64,000 nt of DNA from Yuukianura sp. NJ FZ-2021 (taxonomy: Eukaryota): assembly GCA_046563655.1 (NCBI GenBank), contig JAJCTO010000012.1, positions 62,001 through 126,000 of the forward strand. Direction: 5' to 3'. Shown here in pieces: positions 32,440-43,700 of this stretch. The first letter of the stretch is position 1. Every line of letters starts with the position of its first letter. The translations under genes and the position numbers were made by a program. The notes below the pieces were generated by a model. The model had not been told where the DNA came from, ran no database searches, and was given only the letters and a program-made list of their open reading frames with translations.

Positions 32440-33714
32440 TAATTGAAGAAGACTTTGCCATGGTCAGACTTGCATTCTGAATAGCCACAAATGGTTTGTT
32501 GCCCAAATCAATTGTGTGTTGACCTGCGAGGCCTAAATCGTTTTTGGGAAAACCGTACGTAAAATTTAGATGCTCCAGAAACCAAGTCTTGATGGCAAAG
32601 AACCTAATTTGCACAAATTAAAATTCAGCCAATACTAAACTTTAGTGTTATTTTTATCACCGCTATACCACGGAACTTGATGCGATGACACGAAAATATT
32701 TTGACCACACCCACCGTAGTTACTGGTCCAGCGGCCGTTGGGTTGTCATGTTTGAGGCAGACGCACTTCTCGGAATATTTTTGAGCAAAATCAGATTACC
32801 GAATTATGTCATGTCTATTAACAAATTTTTGCCGTCCATGTACTTTAGGTCAAACGATTTCAAGCATATTTGAAGCAGGTTTCACGTTTCCCCGGAAGTA
32901 GTTGTGGTACGCAACGATTTTGTCTCGAATTCTTTTGGATTGCGTGAAAGACGCATTTTTTTGGCATCCTATCCCCATATACCTTTAGTCCTAAAAAAAT
33001 TTACGAACGGTTGATTTTCAATTAGTAAAGTACTGTGCAATTTGATCCGTTTTGACAAAATAGTACTGAATTACGTCTGTGTCGTTTCCACTGATGTGAT
33101 ACACCGCTCAGCTTTCTACTTCCTGCTTCCTCCTCGATTCCTTGGTCAGGCTCCATGTCCATGGAGGAGGGTGAATATGGATCCGCCACCCCTCTGCCCA
33201 GCTACCAAGAGACGTATACAGAAGAGATGTTTTCAGCTTTGATGAATGGGCTGTGTCACCCTACCATCATCAGATGACCTCTACGACCTCCGCTCCACCA
33301 ACTCCGTTCCAGTGTGTCCACTGAAAGAAAGTGTTTCCAATGAAGGTGGCGTTCGCATGGGTGGGAACGTGAAGAGCAGTTTTGGTGGACGACGTAAGTT
33401 TTTGGGCTCAAATTCTGTTTGAATTGATACTCAACTGAGTGGATCCAAGGAAGTGCTGGTCTTTTAGAGCCAGACCAGAACTTGTTGCCGGGTAGAATCG
33501 TTTATAAAGTTGGGTTTCCCTTTCTAATCTAAATTCTTGTTGGCTTGTTTCGGATGGCTGAACAGCGCCCTCTTTACGTCCGCCTGTTTCAATGAGCTCA
33601 AATGTTTTGCCTTCTATGGGGCTGGGCCGAAAATGGCAATGGTTTTACGAGAAAAAGTAGCCAGAATCTCCAGCTGAGACTGACTCAAGTAGGAACTCGA
33701 ACGGAGGCTACTCA

Positions 33715-34050
33715 GCTATCTCCTGCTCTGCCCTCTTCTTTGTGGCCAATGCCATAGTCAATAACACTCTTGCAATTTTGATTGACAGGCTGGCGTATGG
33801 TGGCTGGCAGGCGATCCTCATCTCCACTGTGCTGCTGCTGCTGTTTGCAGAGATTATTCCCCAGCAGGATTCTTTGCAAAATTTGGACTGGCGGCTGGAG
33901 CAAGATTGATTTGGCTCGTCAAAATATTTATTTTTGTTTTCTATCCAGTGGCATACCCATTGTCCCTGCTTGTGCATTCGATACGAGGGTATCATCATGG
34001 AATCACATACAAGCGAAGAGAAGTGAAGGAGCTCATCAATATTTTGACTG
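33715..34050 (+). pseudogene. CNNM: CNNM/unextended metal transporter (DUF21) fragment
   Basis: ANAIVNNTLAILID..AILISTVLLLLFAEIIPQ / LVKIFIFVFYPVAYPLSLLV / GITYKRREVKELI across frameshifts. Confidence 0.82.
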
Positions 34051-35569
34051 GGAGGAGGCCATCATTGAGGAGGAGAACACCGGCACGGCTGACGGGCTGT
34101 TTTATCTGAAGATACTCAGAAAAGTCATTTTGGTCAACATGGACAGATTCACAAAACCAGAGAATTCTGCAAATTCGCCCTCAGTTCTGTCTCCTGTGGC
34201 CAGCTATCTAAACAGGCCATCGTCGTTTTCCGAAGATTTAGCAACTTTGACAATGTCAGGATATGGGAATTCTTTATTGAATTTATCATTTAGCTAATTG
34301 TTGATAACCCCAATGCAATAGTGAGATCGGAGGTGCTTCAGAATCTATCGCATGTTATAAACAACTACTGTGTCAGGCTTGGGACGAAAAGAATGAAGGG
34401 CTCGTTTGATTATGACGTTCAGACTGAAACACGCAGAATCGTCAGGGGACTTCTGATGGATTGGATGAAGCAACTGGACTGGGCAGTACTGTTCCAGTAG
34501 TTTTGGACTTCGTACTGGAAGGCCCTTCTGTGGATGATGGGATAGTTCCACTGGTGGCTTTGGATGCAGATGCTTCCTTGATGGCACTCAGAATCTTGGC
34601 TTTTGGTTTCCCTGGAAAACCAACACAAGAGACAAACTTTATGCTTCTTTATGTTGTGACATAATGATTTGGTTAGATTTATGTGAAGATGAAATGATGA
34701 AAATGAGAATTACTGATTCCGATAGTAAAATTCGATTGGTCCAATTTAGGCCGGGAGAGTAAAATTCCTAAATGGAAATATATTGCTAAATATTTCTATT
34801 TCAGCAATATCCTAATTTTTAATTTATGGAGCATGCAGATTCCTGTCCATCTCCCATCTACTGATGCTATTCCGCGCTTCCATATTGGTTTCTGTTTAGG
34901 TTTGAACTTGGCTGTAGCAGTTGAATTGTTTTTGTAATTTTTGAATTTTGGCGCGCTTTACTTTAGATTTATAAGTTTGAATTTGGCGCTCTCTGTTGAA
35001 TATTATTTTATGCTAACCTTAATGGTAACTTTGTAGGTTATTGCTGGTGGTGTTTAGATAGGGAAGTCTGACGTTGAATTGGCTGTTTGACCTTGAAGCA
35101 ACATTGAAGCTGTTGCTGGGGGAGACCGGGGAAGGTTGACATTGAAACAAGCTCTAATGTCGTTGTCAGTGCGGAAAAGGGTCGTTTTGACCTTCAAGTG
35201 ACCGTCAAATTCGGTTGCTGGGGGAAACGAGGGTCGTTTGACATTGAACTCACCTTAGGATCACGAAAGGAATGCGTGGAGGGCAAAGTCCAACCACGTG
35301 CCCCTGGAACATAGGAAAAGGGTAAATTCCTTCCCTCCTAGAAAACCAAGGAACAGAGGTTTCATTCTTGGTGAAACCAGGAGAAGACTTCATTCCATCG
35401 CCAGACGTCGAAGAGGAAGGAGCTCCAGGAAGACTCTCTCCAACCAACCCACCGAAGGAAGGGAGGCCCCACCGGAGACCCACCACATAGCGGAGACTAC
35501 AACCACTACTACAATCAACGAAGAGGACTCTGCCAAACTCCACTCAACTCCAGCAAAGGACCAGGACCA

Positions 35570-35860
35570 CAGCGGAGACTTCGGCCACCAGAAGACACCT
35601 TCAACACTCATCGGAGACTTCGACTGCTGGAAAAGGCTTCAACCACCGACTGCAGCCACCAGAGAACACTCCAGCGGACCTCTACTCAACTACAGCGGAA
35701 AGCTTAACACTCGCGGAGACTTCGGCCACCAGAAGACACCTTCTACACTCAGCGGAGACTTCGACTGCTGGTAGAGGCTTCAACCACCGACTGCAGCCAC
35801 CAGAGAACACTCCGGCGGACCTCTACTCAACTACAGCGGAGAGCTCAACACTCAGCGGAG
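35570..35860. repeat. About 141-bp tandem duplication with CGGAGACT sub-repeats
   Basis: CGGAGACTTCGGCCACCAGAAGACACCTTC at about 35573 and 35714. Confidence 0.8.
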
Positions 35861-36012
35861 ACGCCGGCGCTACTGTAGCTACCGAAGAAGACGCCAGCGG
35901 ACTACTCGACTCAGCAGAGGACAAAGGCCACATCGGAGCGGAGCCCCACTGAAGACTCCGATTAAGAACTTGCGTCTGGGACACCGCAGGACTTCACTTC
36001 CGAAGACGACCG

Positions 36013-36564
36013 ATGGAACAGCCAAGAGAAGCCATGCGGCCATTTGGTCAGTGCCACATCTGTAGCGAAAATCCCCAGCCTCGCACTCTGTTCCTCATTC
36101 ATTTCTGTGGAATATTGCTTTGCCTCCGCTGCACTGCTGTTCGGAACCGTCATCACTCCATTTGCCCGCACTGCCGTGGACCCTCGACTCCAGTCGGCGC
36201 ATGCACAGCTCAGGAATACCGAAACTATGCCATCGCTTGTCTAGACCAAAATGCTGTCGATCCTGTCCCACCGGAAAATGCTCCTGTGCTGTCGACCTTC
36301 ACATTCAGGCATCGTGGTCCAGCTCTCATTGCTCCCACTGACCCGGTTCCCACTGCTGCACCAGCCCCTCGACGCTGTCTCACTTGCGACCACTGTGGAC
36401 GTGTTTTAAAGTCCACTTCTGCCAAGTCAGAACACATGAGGACACACACCCGCCCAACATTCCGCTGCAACATAGCCGGATGTGAGAAGACGTTCGCAAC
36501 AAAGTCGGGCCTTCGGAAGCACAAGCTTGGACGAGCACATCGACAACATTTGTTACTGGAGTAA
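36013..36564 (+). CDS. RING-like plus two C2H2 zinc-finger protein, 183 aa
   Basis: CHIC..HFCGILLCLRC..CPHC (the usual CGH His is Ile); CDHCGRVLKSTSAKSEHMRTH; CNIAGCEKTFATKSGLRKHKLGRAH; ATG to TAA, no introns. Confidence 0.75.
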   Translation: MEQPREAMRPFGQCHICSENPQPRTLFLIHFCGILLCLRCTAVRNRHHSICPHCRGPSTPVGACTAQEYRNYAIACLDQNAVDPVPPENAPVLSTFTFRHRGPALIAPTDPVPTAAPAPRRCLTCDHCGRVLKSTSAKSEHMRTHTRPTFRCNIAGCEKTFATKSGLRKHKLGRAHRQHLLLE

Positions 36565-37338
36565 CTTTTTGCATTTCTTTACTTTTGTGAGACCTAAACC
36601 GAAAATTAGTTTTTTTTACAGAATAATTTTGCAATGGAACCTTCGCCACGTTTTCCTAAACCGGATTTCTTTTTTTATTTTCAGTTCCATGATGTCCATT
36701 TGAACGAAGGTGGTCTTGAAATCAACGCGCAGTAGATGGAGGTCGTTGGTTGATCCAATTAAGGTAAGCAATCACTTTACTCAATTCTAATGAGGATTCT
36801 AACACTGACTCAAACACGAGTGCTAATTTTTGCTTTTCTCTTTGTTGCAGAAACGATGCCTTCCGAACAGACCATCATCCACAACACTTCCAGTCTGGAT
36901 GCTGTGAGTAACCCCGCCGGGCGGGATTACTCACTTCGTCTCCAAGCATAGGTATGTGACGGCTCTCGGGATGAGGCTATGATCTCAGTCATATCCCGAT
37001 GGTCAGTCAGTGAGTGGTGAGCGCTTGGTCGAGGAGGAACTATCTTCCAGATGGTTCCTCTTCCGACCGAGAGTCACGGCGGAGTCCAGTCACTGGAGTA
37101 GGGAGATTCTAGAGACAATAAAGGAACGTAGCCACACTTTGCCTTCGTCTACGACTTTCCTTTGACAGCATTCAGCCATATTCCTCAGCCACGATTCTTA
37201 GAGCTGGCACCCAGGGCCTGCGCCACCTCGGTGGTGTTCGGACCTGGGCACAGAGGTCGATGAACCAGTGGACCGCCGACCAAGCGGCGACGTGTGTGAC
37301 CCATGTCCAGGTTCACCCTGGCTGGGAGGTCACATAAA

Positions 37339-37355
37339 TGGCCCTTCGACCGGAT
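37339..37355 (+). promoter_or_regulatory. Primer binding site, tRNA-Tyr-like
   Basis: TGGCCCTTCGACCGGAT resembles the Tyr PBS TGGTCCTTCGAGCCGGAT; same sequence follows the LTR at about 62950. Confidence 0.7.
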
Positions 37356-37584
37356 CGACTTTCTTGTCCAGTTAAGGTAATAGAACAACAGGTAATGTAT
37401 GGTACGTTTTTTTTTCTTTTTCGTTATAATACTAATTATCATTGCAAAACCTACAAAACAAAAACCACAAGCAGCCAACCCTTAAGGCGACATGTTGCTC
37501 AACACATCGGCGATACATTGAGCGTTTACATATTATTTCACGTTGGGAAACTAGCGAATACAATCCCAACACACGTAAAGTTGG

Positions 37585-37880
37585 TTAAGAACTTTTGTTC
37601 CATGCCGTCAACGTTAGAACGACTTATGCGCACTTTGATAACATCCGCGTAAGGTTTTTCAAACTACATGCTAAGGCGAGAACGCAACTCCATGTAGATT
37701 TCACATAACAGAACCTGTTCAGTCATAGTGTGTTCAGAAGTTGGTCAAGAACTTTGGTTCCGTGCCGTCAACGTTATAACACCTTATGTGCCCTTTGATA
37801 ACATCCGCGCAAAGTTTTACAACCGACATGCTAAGGGCATGCAAATCCATTTAGATTTCACACATATAACCTGTCAGCCA
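37585..37880. repeat. About 160-bp direct repeats in the LTR-element leader
   Basis: TGCCGTCAACGTTA..CTTATG..CTTTGATAACATCCGCG..ACATGCTAAGG twice; also at 63190-63475. Confidence 0.8.
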
Positions 37881-40800
37881 TAATTTATTCAGATATAGAT
37901 TTCTTTTTAAGGTTATTTTACTAAATTCAAATGGTATCGCGAGACAACAAATTTGGTTACAATTAAATGGCTTCAGGGTGGCAGTCTTTTTCATAATTGT
38001 TATTTTCCCCTCCATTTCCGAATTTCCATTCTATTTTTAAACCGGAAAACGGTTAGCTAACAAGTCTGCACAGCAGATCGAGCTATTGCCCTAACATAAA
38101 TTGCTTCCAATCGCGGGGATGGTTACAATGGGGCATGCACTAGTTTCTCTCAACCATACCAGTATGACTAACATAACCAAGCTCTTCAGTTAGCTGTATG
38201 AGGGTTAATTACCATCGAAATCCAATGTGTGACTACGGGATTCATAATAACTCACGTATTAGGTTCAGTTACACCACAATTAATTACAATGTAACCGTGA
38301 TTCGCCTGTCTACCTAGGTTTTCCTGCGTTCTATGCGCGTACGATTTGCTGTGGCATTTTGCAACAAACTATGAAAATCACGCAGGAGCGAGGGTGAAAG
38401 CGTAAAAATTCCAAGAGAGCACTCTGTAATCGTGGTGGGTCTAGGTTTACGAAAAACTGCGACGAGGAAACATTCAGATTCTCATTTTCATTTCTTTTTT
38501 TTTTGTAGTAGTTTTTGTTTCTTTTTATTAACGACGCATTCAGTTGTCCACTTCAGGAAGCATAATTTTACTTGATTTTGAATCTATTACATTACAATGT
38601 CCATACTCCGGCAGAAGCATGACGATGGGATTAGTAGACACACCTTAACACGAAAACCAGTTTCAGACACAACAAAAAGCATGTTAATTTGGGCGTAAAT
38701 CTCATCCCGAACCTACTCAAGGCAGCTCACTCTCCCATTCTCGTCGCAACAAGAAACAAACGTAGTCTTTATTCTTCACACAGTCCAATCTTTTTTGCTT
38801 GCTTTTTTGCTGCGTAATTATTAGTAGGGGTTTTTACAACTTCGCAAATTCTAATTTCCACCATACGAAGGATTTCGGACAAGACAGATGCTGTGGTGTG
38901 GATAAAAAATAAGCAGAAAACAAAAATAACACACATGTAGCATACAGCAGTTAGCAAAAAACTGGTTTTCCTGGTCATTAATTTATTCCAATAGTGAAAC
39001 GTATTCTTTCAGACAAGAACTTTTTTAACTAATACTCAACGCGCATTGACTTTGGGAGTCAAAGGATTTTTGAAAATTTTGATAAATTCATATTACAAAT
39101 TCAGTCCGCCTTTAAATGACTCTCAATCGCACCCTGTTATTTGCTTTCAATTGTCGCAGAGGCTCATAACAATGGTGTTGGAAATTTTCTTTTAATTAGC
39201 TTTCAAACTCTGAAATCACTAACCGCTTTGGAATGGGCCCAAAATACTGCACATCAAGTACAAGGTTTATAAATTTAATTTGCCTTACAAGGTTGCGTAA
39301 TACCTCATGTTTTCTTACAATTCTAAAAGAAAGTTCACTTTTAGTTCACACCTTCACGAATCCTGTTGTCATATATGAAAAATATAAATGAATGGTAAAT
39401 GAAGCAATTCCAACTTTCTCATTTTTTTTTTGCTTATAAATGCTTCAAGTCAGAAACAATATGAGTTGCAGCTTTAAACTTTAAATTTCAAGTGTAAAAT
39501 CCTGATGAACGTCCATACTCGAATGAATTTCTGAATTATTTCCGGTTAGAAGTTTGGAAACTCTTTTGTGATGAAACAGTTTCAATCTGTAACGTTTCTG
39601 CAATGCCAAATTCAGATGCTGGACTTACAATTACACTGAGAAACGTCACCGTTCGCAACAGGTTACAATTTTGGGAGCTACGATTTTTCACGTGTGATTC
39701 GAAACGGAAACGGGTTCGAGAATCAAAACTCTTTTTATTGGTCCCAAGTTATTTTGCCATTGGCATAATGGTACTAAATTTTGTGTTGTTTTCATTTTTT
39801 TTTGGTGACTAACGGAGGTATTACGCAACCTGTTAGAGACGACACAAGGTTGTCAAGGAAGCTTGAATCCGGAATGTATATGTGAAATTAAACTGTCGGT
39901 CAGTCTCGGCGTGTTGTCGGTGGCTAAACGCGGAAGATCGATGCTCAAGCGTTGGGTGTCGGTTTTACGCGTGGTGATGTTGTTAATGCGATTATTGGAA
40001 ACGGACTGTTGCAAAATAACTTTGGCAAAATGCTAACTACATTGAACACAGTTTGTTTGCTATTTAAAATTATTTTAACGCAGTAACGTTTATCGCGTAC
40101 TCGCATTGGAAAATGGTAACGCTAACAATACAAACCATCCGTATACTTCACCATAAGAGAAGTGGTCGCGTCCTAAAAACACACTATCTTGATTACAAGT
40201 GTAATCACGCAAGTGGCAGCCAGCAAAGAATTTTATTTATAGAAGGGAAATAAGCCTGAGTGTTTTGAAACCAAAAAATATTCCGTAACCAAGAGAAAAA
40301 ATGGCGCTTAAGCCAGCTTCACACCGAACGCAAAAACATCTAAACGATTGTTTCAATTCAAATTAGCGGTTGGTGTGTGAACTCGACTTTACACAGCGGA
40401 AAAAACCGTTTTCGTCCCTTTGGAAATGGTTGTGAAAATTTTGTTGAAATCAAGCCTTATTTCCCGTCTAGTCTAGAGAAAAACGTAGAAAATCGCCTTG
40501 ACAACTCTCTGGCAGCCAGCTTCTTTCCAAGTTGTGACGGGGCGAAAGATTGGGCATGTAGTTGCGAGACAGTTAGATATGCGATGGGTCCTAGTGGCTC
40601 ATTAGTCAGAACAAGCTCCGGGAGTGGAGATTTGCGCATGACCGATTCCACCCTATTCAAACCAAGACTCAAACTTTTGGCATAGCGTTGGAATATACTG
40701 TCTCAATATTTGACCGAGGTATAGTTGCGTCATACACTTGAGCTTCGGAACTCCTAGGAGGACAAGTAACCGCCCGATTGACCAGAGTATAAATTCAGGC

Positions 40801-40969
40801 AAATCTAATGCACGTCCACGCAGTCTTTTCTTTCTCTCTCCACGAACAGCAACAGATAACACCTCATCTCGTCAGTTTTGGTCCACACAACCCGAAGGCC
40901 CACTAACTACCCTCAGACTCAACGCTGGCAGTACCGTAGAACAGTAAGTTTACTTATGTTTGAGCAATA

Positions 40970-42226
40970 ATGCCAAAGATAACAACACGGTCCTCCGCCC
41001 AATCGCCTCCTAATCCTGAAACCGAGCAATTACAAACTCCGGGATTTTCACAACACCAGGGGAAACTGAACTTACAGCCTCGAGTAGTCCTGCCGCCTAC
41101 CATTCCTACCGCCCCACCTCTCCCAAAACCCAAGTCACAAGCGTCGCTTAATCCCACAAATCCACCACCATATATCCCCTCACCGCTACCTCTCCCTCAA
41201 GTGATCCCTCCATCTGCCATCAGCGGTAGTAAATTACCCTTGCACATCCCCACTTCCTCACAATTACCCACGACACCGTTGAAATCTTCAGCCAGTCTTC
41301 CCATCAATATGTCCCAAGCAACACCGACGGGCGGTTCTAAGTCCGAATCGAAAACAACATACTATAAAATTAAAGTACCAACGTTCAGCGGCAAACCCGG
41401 AGAAGATGTTGTGCGTTATCTGACCAAGTTTCAATTGGCGATGACCGGGAACTCCATCCCGAAGTCGGAGTGGCCGATTTTGCTGAGTAATCATTTGACC
41501 GGTACGGCTGAAGCTTGGCTTTTCTCTTTTTTGGAATCAACCCGATGTTCCACATCGCCTCCGGCCTCGGCCCTTTTGGTTGACTACAATATGGTGGAAC
41601 AAGCTCTGATTAAAGCGTTTGGAAACACCAGTACGATGTCAGCTGAACAAAAAGTTATCAATCGACGACAACACTTGAATGAATCCGCTACGGAATACAC
41701 TTACGATCTGACCAACCTTCTCCGTCTGATGGATCCGGATATGCCTGAATCGCGCAAAGTAGGTTGGTTAATACGTAACCTTCGACCATCCAACTTAACT
41801 GCATTGGGCATCCACAAACCTAAAACCATTGACGAATTCTTAGAAGCGTTAAAATCCATAGAAGAAACGAACGAATTACTTTTACACCAAAAAGATGTCA
41901 ATGTTATGACCGAAGCTCCAGCGGTCTTGGCGGCACAGACAGAACAATTAGACAAATTCGGACGAATCATAGAGCAAATGCAAACATTCATATTACAACA
42001 GCAAAATTGTGGAGAGAGTGCAGCTTCTGGGCGCCACCTAACTGAAACCGGTGTATGGTGCTCATTGCATCAATCCGCTACACACGGCGACGCAGAGTGC
42101 CGTGCTCAGCCAAAAAACGGTCAGTGGAAGGAGACAGCGGCCAACGCCCATCCGTTCTTGACATCAGTGACGAGCCGCCAATCCGATCCAGTCATAGAAT
42201 CCTTGAACACCAGTTACTCCCCTTAA
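40970..42226 (+). CDS. gag: Ty3/gypsy Gag (Pro-rich N-terminus, capsid, variant knuckle)
   Basis: 418 aa; VPTFSGKPGED, LTGTAEAW, RRQHLNESATEY, LIRNLRP; WCSLHQSATHGDAEC (C-x2-H-x4-H-x4-C). Confidence 0.9.
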   Translation: MPKITTRSSAQSPPNPETEQLQTPGFSQHQGKLNLQPRVVLPPTIPTAPPLPKPKSQASLNPTNPPPYIPSPLPLPQVIPPSAISGSKLPLHIPTSSQLPTTPLKSSASLPINMSQATPTGGSKSESKTTYYKIKVPTFSGKPGEDVVRYLTKFQLAMTGNSIPKSEWPILLSNHLTGTAEAWLFSFLESTRCSTSPPASALLVDYNMVEQALIKAFGNTSTMSAEQKVINRRQHLNESATEYTYDLTNLLRLMDPDMPESRKVGWLIRNLRPSNLTALGIHKPKTIDEFLEALKSIEETNELLLHQKDVNVMTEAPAVLAAQTEQLDKFGRIIEQMQTFILQQQNCGESAASGRHLTETGVWCSLHQSATHGDAECRAQPKNGQWKETAANAHPFLTSVTSRQSDPVIESLNTSYSP

Positions 42227-42299
42227 CCACCACAATGACAATCAACTCGCCTCGTATTATGTCACCATTCCCACATTTACACATCTCTTATCCGACATC

Positions 42300-43700
42300 G
42301 CTTTTTGTTTTAAAAATGGGTACAAATGGTCTTTTGAAGGTATGTGGTTATGTCGTAGAACGCTCACCCGAAATTAGGTTAAATACAGGAGCGGGAATAA
42401 GCTTAGTCAATTCCACTTTAGTTAAATCTAACTATATTCAGTTGCCAGATCATACAATAATGTTGCAAGATTTTGCTCTACAAGTACTTTTGGGAGCCGA
42501 TTTTCTTTGGAATCCACGTGGCATAATCGATTTCGACCGTTTAGCTATTAATTGGGAAGGCACAACACACGATGGTAGAATTTTAATCTGTTGTGCTGTA
42601 TATACATTTACGAAGATTACACAGCCCAGGCTGTCCCTCTTACTCCCATGCTCCGGTTCTCCCTCGGCGCCAAATCGAAATAGTGTGGGTTGGTGTTCCC
42701 AAAGTTTTGTTTCGACGGAAATAGGACTTGGTCGACCTGTAATGCCCAACCTACACGTTTTCGAAACGAACACGAGCATGATGACATACACTAACGATAA
42801 CATGGAGCATTTCAATGAGTTAATCGAGAGTCCCGCTGAAACACCGAATTTGATTCATACAAGGGTCCCTGAGTCAGATTTGTCAGAGTATAGCGAAGAG
42901 TTAAACCCCGGGAAGATTGCAATGAGATATGCAATGAAACCTTCTTCGATATCAGTGGCCATGGTACGAAGGAGCACTGGCGCGAAGGTCCTCACCTCCC
43001 CAGTGAAATACAGTGTCCACACGGTCTATACACGTTGATAAATCATCCTCCCACAGCGGAGTTAACCGACCCAAGTACGGCAGAGCAAGAAGCAGATAAA
43101 AATTTACCAACTTTAGTATTTTTAACCTAACAGGAGAACGTAATGAACTATCACACCAATCGGACATTACTGAGAATAAATCCCGAGTCGGAACCAGACC
43201 AAAGGCACAGTTACAGGAACTTTTGGTTGAGTTCAAAGATATTTTTGCTTACAAGAGAGACATTGGCGAAATTATACTATATTCTTCTAACCAGCGTAAC
43301 CTGTGTACTAATTACACTATGCCCACGTAATTATTCAGTATAATGCCCATACCTTCAAAGCCAACTGGCCCGTCGAACAAAGGAAATGCTGTCATTCGAT
43401 AATAACAAAGTCAGAAATTACTAAAACACAATTGAATGGTACCATGTAATACCACTACTTTTCAGACAAAGATTTCGTCCCAAATCAATTTTGTGTAGAT
43501 TATTTTGTACTGGATTCGCTTATTACATTTATTTTGCGGTGATTAACAATCGGGACTTCCGAAACTTAATACGAAGCGTTCCAAGCATTATGGTTGCAAA
43601 TTCAGACTGCGATTGCAGAACAACAACGCAAAACCAATTCTATACCGTAAGAGACCAAGTACTGACGAACAAAGTTTAATCAATTTGTTTGGCGCACAAA
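42300..43700 (+). pseudogene. Vestigial pol: dead protease and scraps
   Basis: LNTGAGISLV (catalytic Asp replaced by Asn), VLLGADFL, QLQELLVEFKDIF, YTVRDQVL; no YxDD or DDE core found. Confidence 0.6.

Noticed and set aside
37185..37478. Antisense ORFs over the LTRs (also 46121-46345 and 62796-63089)
   Set aside because: Recurrence is explained by LTR identity; no domain recognised
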